The notes under the pieces are model-generated. The model saw only the letters and a program-made list of their open reading frames with translations. It was not told where the DNA came from and did not search any database. The position numbers were made by a program, and so were the translations under genes. Positions 27,107 to 34,839 of a stretch of 43,165 nt of DNA are shown here, one piece after another. How positions within the stretch are numbered: position 1 is the first letter of the stretch; each line of letters starts with the position of its first letter. Source of the DNA: a bacterium (GTDB lineage Bacteria; Ratteibacteria; UBA8468; B48-G9; JAFGKM01); contig DAOQVZ010000003.1 of the NCBI GenBank assembly GCA_035341815.1, positions 1 to 43,165 on the forward strand, written 5' to 3'.

Positions 27107-28231
27107 ATGTTTAACAGGGAAGATTTTATTAAAACTGCTCTAAAGCTGGCAGAAAGAGGCAGGGGGCTGGTAAGCCCCAATCCGCTTGTAGGAGCGGTTG
27201 TTGCAAAAGGAGGAAGGATACTTGGAGAAGGCTATCACCGGGCATGGGGGATGCCCCATGCAGAGACAGAGGCCATCCGAAAAGCAAAAGGGAAAACTAA
27301 AGGAGCTTCTTTATACGTCAACCTTGAGCCCTGCTGCCATTACGGCAAAACCCCTCCATGCACCGAAGCAATAATAAAAGCAGGAATAAAGGAAGTCATA
27401 TGTTCAATGAAAGACCCCAACCCCCTGGTAAGCGGAAAAGGCATTGAGGAACTTGAAAAAAACGGAATAAAAGTGCGCCTTGGAAGCATGGAAAAACAGG
27501 CTGCGGAATTAAACAGTTCATATATACTGAACATTGAACAAAAAAGGCCTTATGTAATACTTAAATGGGCACAGACTCTCGACGGGAAAACGGCTACAGT
27601 TAGGGGAGATTCCAAGTGGATAACAGGAGAATCCGCGAGGCAGTATGTCAAAAAACTCCGTTTTGAGGCAGACGGAATCATTGCAGGCATAAATACCGTA
27701 TTGAAAGACAATCCTTTCCTCGACTACTCTTTCCCTTCTTTTCATCCGGCAAAAATGGAAAGCAGAAAAAGGTACCGTAAAATAATCCTCGACCCTCAGA
27801 TGAAAATGCCTCAGCAGGGCAATATCTGGAACAATTCCAATACAGGTATCCTTATCGTGACATCGGATAAAGCCCAGGAGGAAAAAATATCTCTTTTTGA
27901 GAGGAGAAAAAACTGTGAAGTCCTTGTTCTTCAGACAGAAAACGGGTTGTTCGACATGAAGCAATTATTGACGGCTCTTTACCAGAAGGATATCGGAATA
28001 ATAATTGTTGAAGGAGGGAGCAATACCATCACCCGTTTCTGGGAAGCCAAAACTGCTGACGAAGCAATTATTTTCTGCAGCAGTAAAATTCTCGGAGACA
28101 ACAGGGCGATAACATCCATTGGAGGCAGGCATAAAGAAAAAATATCGGAAGCGGTGGAAATAAAAATAAGGGAAACAAAGATGTTCGGGCAGGACATAAT
28201 GATAAGGGGCACACCATGTTTTCAGGAATAA
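27107..28231 (+). CDS. ribD: Bifunctional riboflavin biosynthesis protein RibD (pyrimidine deaminase/reductase)
   Basis: Deaminase motifs HAETEAI and PCCHYGKTPPC, with a C-terminal RibD_C reductase domain. The first ATG is at 27107; the track's start at 27074 is a GTG inside the upstream gene. Confidence 0.85.
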   Translation: MFNREDFIKTALKLAERGRGLVSPNPLVGAVVAKGGRILGEGYHRAWGMPHAETEAIRKAKGKTKGASLYVNLEPCCHYGKTPPCTEAIIKAGIKEVICSMKDPNPLVSGKGIEELEKNGIKVRLGSMEKQAAELNSSYILNIEQKRPYVILKWAQTLDGKTATVRGDSKWITGESARQYVKKLRFEADGIIAGINTVLKDNPFLDYSFPSFHPAKMESRKRYRKIILDPQMKMPQQGNIWNNSNTGILIVTSDKAQEEKISLFERRKNCEVLVLQTENGLFDMKQLLTALYQKDIGIIIVEGGSNTITRFWEAKTADEAIIFCSSKILGDNRAITSIGGRHKEKISEAVEIKIRETKMFGQDIMIRGTPCFQE

Positions 28232-28821
28232 TTGAAGAGGTCGGAAAGGTAAAAAAGCTGTCAGAAGAAGGAGGTTTTTCCGTATGCGAAATCCTGTGCC
28301 CGAAAATCGCCGGAGACATAAAAGAGGGAGACAGCATAGCCGTAAACGGAGTCTGCCTGACCGCGGAAAAAATTTCGGGAGATATCTTTAAAGCATCACT
28401 CAGCACACAAACGCGGAGAGAAACCAACCTCGGTTCCATGATAACCGGCGGCTGCGTGAACCTTGAAACCGCCCTCAAAATGGGCGACAAGATAGGCGGA
28501 CATTTTCTGACAGGACACATAGATTTCACGGCCAGGCTTAAAAGGCTCGACAGGCAGGGAGGGTCGGTAATTCTTGCCTTTGACATTCCCCGGGGATTTG
28601 AAAGATACGCGGTGAACAGAGGCTCCATTGGCGTCGAAGGCATATCTTTGACCATAGCTGAACTGAAAAACAGTGAAGTGAAGATTTTCCTGGTGCCTTT
28701 TACGCTTGATAACACGAACCTGAGATACAGGAACCCCGGGGATGCGCTTAACATTGAGGTTGACATCCTTGCAAAGTACGTGGAAAAAAATCTTTCTGCC
28801 GGAAACTATGGCAGCAGATAA
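28216..28821 (+). CDS. ribE: Riboflavin synthase alpha chain
   Basis: 201 aa. N-terminal MFSGIIEEVG and an internal lumazine-binding repeat (GHFLTGHID). Overlaps ribD by 16 nt. Confidence 0.85.
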   Translation: MFSGIIEEVGKVKKLSEEGGFSVCEILCPKIAGDIKEGDSIAVNGVCLTAEKISGDIFKASLSTQTRRETNLGSMITGGCVNLETALKMGDKIGGHFLTGHIDFTARLKRLDRQGGSVILAFDIPRGFERYAVNRGSIGVEGISLTIAELKNSEVKIFLVPFTLDNTNLRYRNPGDALNIEVDILAKYVEKNLSAGNYGSR

Positions 28822-29105
28822 ACTTTTCATCCTGAAATGTTTCTATTCAGGATCTCGTTTTTGTAGCGGTGCCATTTATGGCACTTCTTGTTTCGCAGGC
28901 TTCCCGTTTCACGGGATAAAGAAGCCTGCGGCTACCGGATTGAAGAAAACTTGTAGCCGTTTACACCGTGAGCGTGCACCTTTTAAGGTACGTTGGAGTG
29001 AGTCTTTTGTAGCGGTGTCCCTGACGGGATAAAGGATTTATCCCACTTTTATGCTTGTCATATTGAAATGCCTTTGTTCAGGATCTTAGACAAAAGGAGG
29101 TCTTA
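28822..29105. repeat. Composite mosaic hairpin element between ribE and the 1394-aa gene
   Basis: Contains two TGTCAY..TTCAGGATC hairpins (28829-28853, 29060-29084), two TTTTGTAGCGGTG modules (28858-28870, 29004-29017), and the modules shared with 15610-15749 and 40093-40127. Confidence 0.85.
28829..28862 (+). terminator. Stop-proximal hairpin plus T5, a possible intrinsic terminator (first module of a mosaic repeat)
   Basis: atcctgaa-9 nt loop-ttcaggat, then ctcg-TTTTT, starting 8 nt after the ribE stop. Confidence 0.45.
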
Positions 29106-32100
29106 ATGCGAAGAATATCAGGTTTTGCATTTGCAGTATTGATGTTGCTTGTTTTCAATCTGCACGCTGAGAGCGAAGGGTACAGCCAGTGGCTGAAAAG
29201 AAGGGACGCCCTGAAACAGGACAAAAGCGTCGTGAGATACTACACCTTTGAGGACGTCAAAGACGGTAAGAGCATCGTGGCCGACCTTGGCAGGAACGGA
29301 AAGAACCTCACATACACCCCTTACAAAGACCCCGTGACAAAGGAGGTCTTCGACGATATGCAGGTCATAGAAGGCAGGTGGCCGGAGAAGAAGGCGGTGA
29401 GACTGGACAGGGGATTTTACCAGGGCGAAACATGCAACATGGAAAACAAGCAGTTCTCCGCAGAGGTCTGGTTCCGCAGGCAGGGGCCCGGAAGCATACT
29501 CCCGGCGAGCAAGTATATAAATGGCTCCATCCTTGCAGTTTCAGGATACACCCAGGGCTGGAGAATCCTGACCATGTACGAACAGCCAACCACCCTGAGT
29601 TTTGAAATCGGTCAGCCCAACGGGGCCACCATAGCCTCTACGAAAACTCCCCTTGCCGAGAACGTATGGCACCACCTTGTGGTCACTTTTGACGGCACGG
29701 AAATGAACATTTACGTCAACGGCCAGCTGGCCGAGCGCAGCATGACCATGAGGAATGAAAAGAAACAACAGGTAAAAGCAGAAAGATTTGAAGGAGAATA
29801 TGTGCCTTCAAAGATTCCCTTCAAGATAGGGTATTCGGAACACGGGGTAGGTTCGGCAAAGCTGGATATAGACGAAGTGGTCATATATAACAGGGCACTT
29901 AAACAGGAAGAGATAGTAGTTTCCCGGGAGGAGATATTTTCAAAAGCAGATGCTTATATCAAACAGGGAGATTACAAGAACGCCCGCTCACAATACGCCA
30001 GGATGAAAGGACTGCCGGGATATGGAAGCGAGATGGCTCTTTTCAACATGGCAGAGAGCTACCGGATGGAGAAGGATTATGCAAATGCCCATAAGACCTA
30101 CGGGGAAATATTCAAACTCGACAACCTGTCGCCATATTACAGGATATACGGGCTTTTCCGGCAGGCGCAGGTTTACGCGGAACAGAACAACCGTGCGAAA
30201 GAGAGGAGCCTCTACGAACAGGTGCTCAAAACACAGGGAGCCCTTGAACACCATCTTTTCACAGCCCGCCTGAAAAACGGAGACGCCTACAGGGAGGAAA
30301 AGAAGTACTCCTCCGCAAGGGAAATATATTCCAAACTCCTCGTAGAACAGGAGAATTCTCCCCTGCCCCACGAGGGATACAGGCTGGATTTGCGTGACAG
30401 GCTCGAGGAGATAGACGGTTTAGCAGACGGGGTGACGGTGAAAAACAGGCAGGAAAAACTCGCCGTATGGTTAAACGGACCAAAGCAGGCACTGTACGTA
30501 TCCCCTGAAGGAAACGACGGCAATCCTGGTACGAAAAATAAACCTTTCGCAACAATAAAAAGGGCGCAGGAGGAAGTAAGAAAGATTAAGGCAAACGGCA
30601 TGCCGGAAGAAGGAATTGTCTTATACCTCAGGGGCGGAAGGTATTACATAACCGAAAGCATTACCCTTGGGAAAGAAGATTCAGGAACGGAATCTGCGCC
30701 CGTGGTATACAGAAGCTATCCCGGGGAAGAAGCCAGGGTCATAGGCGGCAGACAGGTAACCAATTTCAAGCTCCTCAGGAACGAGGCCATTATCAGCCGC
30801 CTGCCCGTGGAATCGAGAGGAAAGGTCTGGGTTGCCGACCTCAAGGAAGCCGGTATAACAGACTACGGTGAGCTGTTGAACAGGGGAAGCCACGGGAAAT
30901 CAAACCTCGCCGCGCTTGAACTCTTCTGTAACGGCAAGCGCATGCAGCTTGCAAGGTGGCCCAACGAAGGACACGAAAGGGTGGCAAGACTTGTTACCTC
31001 TGAGGGAGACGGGGTCTTGAGAGGCCAGTCGGCAAAAACGGGTATATACCAGAACGGAAGGTTCTGCTACGAGGGGGACAGGCCGGAAAGGTGGACAAAA
31101 GAGAAAGATATCTGGATACACGGGTATTTCGCCTACGAATATGAGAAAACGCACACGAGGATAGATTCCATCGACACGGAGAAGAAGATAATCAACCTTG
31201 GCCCGGACAAAAGGTACCCAGAAGGATATACGGTAAGGTACGTCATACGCGTGAAGCAGAACGCTCCATACTACGTGTACAACGCGCTGAGCGAACTGGA
31301 CTCTCCGGGAGAATGGTACCTCGACAGGGATGACGGAAAACTCTATTTCTACCCGGTTTCCGACCCGGTCAAAAGCGACATAATGGTCTCCACTCTCAAT
31401 ACGCCCCTGGTAATAACTGACAACGCTTCCCACGTGGCCCTTTCGAACCTGACCCTCGAGGTAACACGCAGCAACGCCATCAACCTGGATAAAGGCAATA
31501 ACGTTCTCGTTGCCGGCTGTACTATCCGAAATACCGGCCAGTGGGCGGTAAACATAAAGGACGGCTGGAACCACAAGATTGTCGGGTGCGACATGTACAA
31601 CATGGCGGAAGGCGGGGTCACCCTGGGCGGCGGCGACAGGAACAAGCTCATACCTGCAGGCCACCTGGTGGAAAACAACCACATATACAGCTTCAACAAG
31701 TTCGACGGTGGTTACAGGCAGGCCGTTCTTGTCAAAGGCATTGGTCAGAGGGTTTCCCACAATGTCATACATGATACCCCCATGCAGGCGATACTCTTCG
31801 ATGAAAACGACCACGTGATAGAGTTCAACGAACTGCATGACGTTGTCTACGAAGGCAGGGAGCTCGGAGCCATGTATATTTACGGAGAACCATGGTACCT
31901 TATGAGCAGGGGAACTGTCATAAGAAATAACTTCTTCCACCACATATGCTACCACTCGTCTCCAAACCTTACCCAGGGACTGAACGGTATACACGTGGAT
32001 GCCATAAACGGAGGGCTGGTAATAGAAAAGAACTTCTTCTACAGGTTCCCCAACGGGATTGCCAACCCGCAGCCGGAAAACCGCATAGAAAACAACATAT

Positions 32101-33290
32101 TCGTGGACGCTGAGATACGGAGCATCTACCAGGGCGACAGGTCGGGGCTGTTCTACACTCCTGACGGAGAACCTCTTGCAGACAGGATATCAACCCTTGC
32201 GGCCAGGTACCTCACAAGGGTAAGGTACAAACAGCCCCCGTGGAGTTACAGGTACCCCCAGCTTTTTGACCTGCTCTACAGGCAGAAACCTGTGGGATGG
32301 GCACAGAACAACTTCATTGAGCGCAACATCAACACGGGGGGACCTTTCCTGTCTTTGGCCGCCGGCATCAAGGAAGATAACTTCATAAGAAACAACTGGG
32401 ACGGAGATGAGCCTTTCTTTTTGGACAGGAAACAGGCGAATTTCAGTATCAGGCCTGGCTCTCCCGTTTACGGACTTACAGGTTGCGAACCGCTGGCCAT
32501 GGAAGGTATCGGCGTATATAAAGATTCTCTTCGCGCAAGCTGGCCCATAAACAGGACCAAAGAGGATATAGGCAGGTATTACAAGCCGGACTGGACGCCC
32601 CTGAAGCAGAGTTCATCTACTTTTATGGCTCCCCTTAAGAGGGTAGCGCCTCCGCTCTATTACACGGTGACTGCCAGGAAAAACCCGGTCCGGATAGACG
32701 GAAAGCTTGATGGGGACGAATGGCTTGGTCTGGACATGAAAAAAGCCATGGCCGTAAACAGGGAACATTCGGGGAAAGATACGCCAGGGGCTAAAAGCTT
32801 CGCATGGCTTACCTATGACACCGACAACCTCTACGTGGGAATAAAGCACCAACCGGACCCGTACACCCGGGACATGCCGCAGAGGCTTCAAAAACACGTA
32901 CCAATCTTCGAAGTGGCGACAGAAAGCCAGCATACAACCGCGAGCCGCAAATGGTGGATAGACGACATGGTAACCGGCCCTATATACTCCATAACAGCCC
33001 GGTATGACGGCACGTTTGCAGTCAACAACCTCTTCGGAATGCCTCACGAAATAGTCAGCAAGCTTGAAAAAGGCATTGAGTACAGAATACTAATACTGGA
33101 CGATGAAAAGAAGGAATGGACAGCCGAGATGAAAATCCCGTTTTCTCTCATGAGCATAAACCCCGCGGACGTGGAACAGCTTGCCTTCAACATAGGCGCA
33201 TGGAAAAAGGCAGGATGGTTCGCATGGGTGCCGACAGGCAGTCAGATTTTCCGGGTTGAAAACGCCGGTTTTTTAAAATTCGCCAAATAA
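29106..33290 (+). CDS. Large secreted multidomain protein: LamG-like lectin fold, TPR, right-handed parallel beta-helix, CBM9-like C-terminus
   Basis: 1394 aa with a signal peptide. LamG-like VWHHLVVTFDGTEMNIYVNGQL...LDIDEVVIYNRAL. PbH1-like repeats (NAINLDKGNNVLVAGCTIRNTG...). C-terminal DGKLDGDEW. AAGGAGG RBS. Confidence 0.8.
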   Translation: MRRISGFAFAVLMLLVFNLHAESEGYSQWLKRRDALKQDKSVVRYYTFEDVKDGKSIVADLGRNGKNLTYTPYKDPVTKEVFDDMQVIEGRWPEKKAVRLDRGFYQGETCNMENKQFSAEVWFRRQGPGSILPASKYINGSILAVSGYTQGWRILTMYEQPTTLSFEIGQPNGATIASTKTPLAENVWHHLVVTFDGTEMNIYVNGQLAERSMTMRNEKKQQVKAERFEGEYVPSKIPFKIGYSEHGVGSAKLDIDEVVIYNRALKQEEIVVSREEIFSKADAYIKQGDYKNARSQYARMKGLPGYGSEMALFNMAESYRMEKDYANAHKTYGEIFKLDNLSPYYRIYGLFRQAQVYAEQNNRAKERSLYEQVLKTQGALEHHLFTARLKNGDAYREEKKYSSAREIYSKLLVEQENSPLPHEGYRLDLRDRLEEIDGLADGVTVKNRQEKLAVWLNGPKQALYVSPEGNDGNPGTKNKPFATIKRAQEEVRKIKANGMPEEGIVLYLRGGRYYITESITLGKEDSGTESAPVVYRSYPGEEARVIGGRQVTNFKLLRNEAIISRLPVESRGKVWVADLKEAGITDYGELLNRGSHGKSNLAALELFCNGKRMQLARWPNEGHERVARLVTSEGDGVLRGQSAKTGIYQNGRFCYEGDRPERWTKEKDIWIHGYFAYEYEKTHTRIDSIDTEKKIINLGPDKRYPEGYTVRYVIRVKQNAPYYVYNALSELDSPGEWYLDRDDGKLYFYPVSDPVKSDIMVSTLNTPLVITDNASHVALSNLTLEVTRSNAINLDKGNNVLVAGCTIRNTGQWAVNIKDGWNHKIVGCDMYNMAEGGVTLGGGDRNKLIPAGHLVENNHIYSFNKFDGGYRQAVLVKGIGQRVSHNVIHDTPMQAILFDENDHVIEFNELHDVVYEGRELGAMYIYGEPWYLMSRGTVIRNNFFHHICYHSSPNLTQGLNGIHVDAINGGLVIEKNFFYRFPNGIANPQPENRIENNIFVDAEIRSIYQGDRSGLFYTPDGEPLADRISTLAARYLTRVRYKQPPWSYRYPQLFDLLYRQKPVGWAQNNFIERNINTGGPFLSLAAGIKEDNFIRNNWDGDEPFFLDRKQANFSIRPGSPVYGLTGCEPLAMEGIGVYKDSLRASWPINRTKEDIGRYYKPDWTPLKQSSSTFMAPLKRVAPPLYYTVTARKNPVRIDGKLDGDEWLGLDMKKAMAVNREHSGKDTPGAKSFAWLTYDTDNLYVGIKHQPDPYTRDMPQRLQKHVPIFEVATESQHTTASRKWWIDDMVTGPIYSITARYDGTFAVNNLFGMPHEIVSKLEKGIEYRILILDDEKKEWTAEMKIPFSLMSINPADVEQLAFNIGAWKKAGWFAWVPTGSQIFRVENAGFLKFAK

Positions 33291-33304
33291 CGGGAGACGG
33301 ATTT

Positions 33305-33490
33305 TTATGTTTGTCATCCTGAAATGTTTCTATTCAGTATCTTTTGCAGCGGTGCTCCTCACGGAGTAAACCCCGGAAAAACCCGGGGCAAGCGATTTAT
33401 CCCGTATAACGGGACATGTCGCACTTCGTAAAACCGTCGCATAAATGCTTTATCCCGGGCTTCTCCGGGAGACCGCTACAAAAAAAATAT
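33305..33490. repeat. Mosaic hairpin element with terminal inverted repeats (MITE/REP-like)
   Basis: Stop-proximal hairpin at 33315-33339. ttttgcagcggt (33341-33352) and accgctacaaaa (33471-33482) are inverted repeats (11/12). Internal hairpins include ccccggaaaaacccgggg, cccgtataacggg and cccgggcttctccggg. Confidence 0.8.
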
Positions 33491-33531
33491 AAAATTGTAG
33501 ATTGCAAACTCAGGCTGAATCCTGTTTGCCT

Positions 33532-33561
33532 GCTTACATGCTCTTGATTGCAGGGTATAAT
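33532..33561 (+). promoter_or_regulatory. Possible promoter for tRNA-Ser(CGA)
   Basis: CTTACA-18 nt-TATAAT, with the -10 hexamer ending 22 nt before the mature tRNA 5' end. Confidence 0.35.
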
Positions 33562-33583
33562 AAAGAGCTTGATATGCGTTTTC

Positions 33584-33673
33584 GGAGAGATGGCTGAGCG
33601 GTTGAAAGCGGCCGCCTCGAAAGCGGCTGTGCCCGCAAGGGTACCGGGGGTTCGAATCCCTCTCTCTCCGCCA
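33584..33673 (+). tRNA. tRNA-Ser (anticodon CGA), long variable arm, CCA encoded
   Basis: Acceptor GGAGAGA/TCTCTCC, anticodon stem GCCGC/GCGGC with loop CTCGAAA, T-loop GGGGG-TTCGAAT-CCCTC, 3' GCCA. Confidence 0.9.
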
Positions 33674-33743
33674 AAATTTGCTTCTGTTTTTACCCATTAT
33701 TACTTGGTTTATTAAAAGGGGGCTTTTCATTGATTTTCATCAT

Positions 33744-33772
33744 TTGAATGTTTTCGTCTTTTGGAGTATAAT
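33744..33772 (+). promoter_or_regulatory. Possible promoter of the island genes
   Basis: TTGAAT-17 nt-TATAAT, about 55 nt upstream of the ATG at 33826. Confidence 0.4.
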
Positions 33773-33825
33773 TATACTGAAAAAATAACATATCATTTAA
33801 ATACCCTCAAATTTTTATTGACAAT

Positions 33826-34833
33826 ATGGCTAAAGGAAGAACAATAAGTGCCAGTTTTCTAACAGAATTGGATAATAAGGTTATTGAACTGTGCAATTCG
33901 ATATCCCAAACTATTTACGATTTTATCCCCTCCGAGGAATCTAAAAAAACATTTAAAAAAGAATACGGCAAAATTAGTTACACCAGAGATGGCGGATTGG
34001 GACTTGGTGGTGGAAAGATACAAAGGGATGCTTTATGCACAAGAGGCCGACAAGGCAAAGCTCCATTTTCAAATAGAAATTTGAGGTGGCATCCTTTAAT
34101 TGTTGCAGAAAATAAACCAGATTTTGCAAGAAAAATTGAAAGAATAGAAATTCGCGGACAAGATGATGGTCAGATTTTAGTTTTTGTAGTTAAGGACTCA
34201 CAAGGCAGAGAGTTAAAATTTCCTGCGGATAGGGCACATGAAATGCCTGAAAGATTTGTCGCACTTCCAGAACATTGGTATCCGCATATTAACACTTTAA
34301 AACATTGGTCCGATATATTGTGGACACAAAACTCTTGTGTAATTCCTGCTCTTGAGGCATGTAATTGGTGGGATTCTGTTGAGACTTATGCTATTTTGGG
34401 AATTGCTTTGGCTATTGATTTATACATGGCTGATTTTGATATTATTTATAAAAATATTTGGCAAAAACTAAAAGAACAAAATATTGATAAAAACATTTCA
34501 TTGCCAACAAATATTTTCCCAAAAAATAAAGAAAATATTGTTAAATGTCCAGTTTGTCTTCTTAACATCTCAAAAGATTTAGAAGGTTTTAGAAAATCAG
34601 AAAGAGGTAAAACATGGCAACCAGCATGGCATTCATCTAAAAAGGAAGAAGGTGATGATTCAAGTATTCAAATAATGCATGTACACCCTCTTGTTGAAAA
34701 TTATATAAAACATAATTCAAATAATGTAAGATATGGTCATAGATGGTGTAATATTTCTATGACTGACCATTCATTAGATGAAACCCTTGACTTTATGGAA
34801 TTTGTGGTACGCGCTCATGAAAGGTGTAAATAA
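33826..34833 (+). CDS. Hypothetical protein with a C-terminal HNH/beta-beta-alpha-Me-like motif; candidate restriction endonuclease
   Basis: 335 aa. CPVC...(45 aa)...MHVHPLVENYIKHNSNNVRYGHRWCNISMTDH at 34546-34770. The N-terminal ~235 aa is unassignable. Ends 6 nt upstream of the methylase gene. No SD. Confidence 0.5.
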   Translation: MAKGRTISASFLTELDNKVIELCNSISQTIYDFIPSEESKKTFKKEYGKISYTRDGGLGLGGGKIQRDALCTRGRQGKAPFSNRNLRWHPLIVAENKPDFARKIERIEIRGQDDGQILVFVVKDSQGRELKFPADRAHEMPERFVALPEHWYPHINTLKHWSDILWTQNSCVIPALEACNWWDSVETYAILGIALAIDLYMADFDIIYKNIWQKLKEQNIDKNISLPTNIFPKNKENIVKCPVCLLNISKDLEGFRKSERGKTWQPAWHSSKKEEGDDSSIQIMHVHPLVENYIKHNSNNVRYGHRWCNISMTDHSLDETLDFMEFVVRAHERCK

Positions 34834-34839
34834 TTTCTT

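Noticed and set aside
30900-31994. 364-aa minus-strand ORF
   Set aside because: It is antisense to the beta-helix region of the 1394-aa gene. It is Val/His-rich low-complexity sequence with no RBS.
33476-33730. 84-aa minus-strand ORF
   Set aside because: It is antisense across the tRNA-Ser(CGA) gene.
33991-34017. Walker A-like P-loop (GGLGLGGGK) in the 335-aa island protein
   Set aside because: It does not fit GxxxxGK[ST]: the spacing is wrong and it is followed by Ile. No Walker B is evident.
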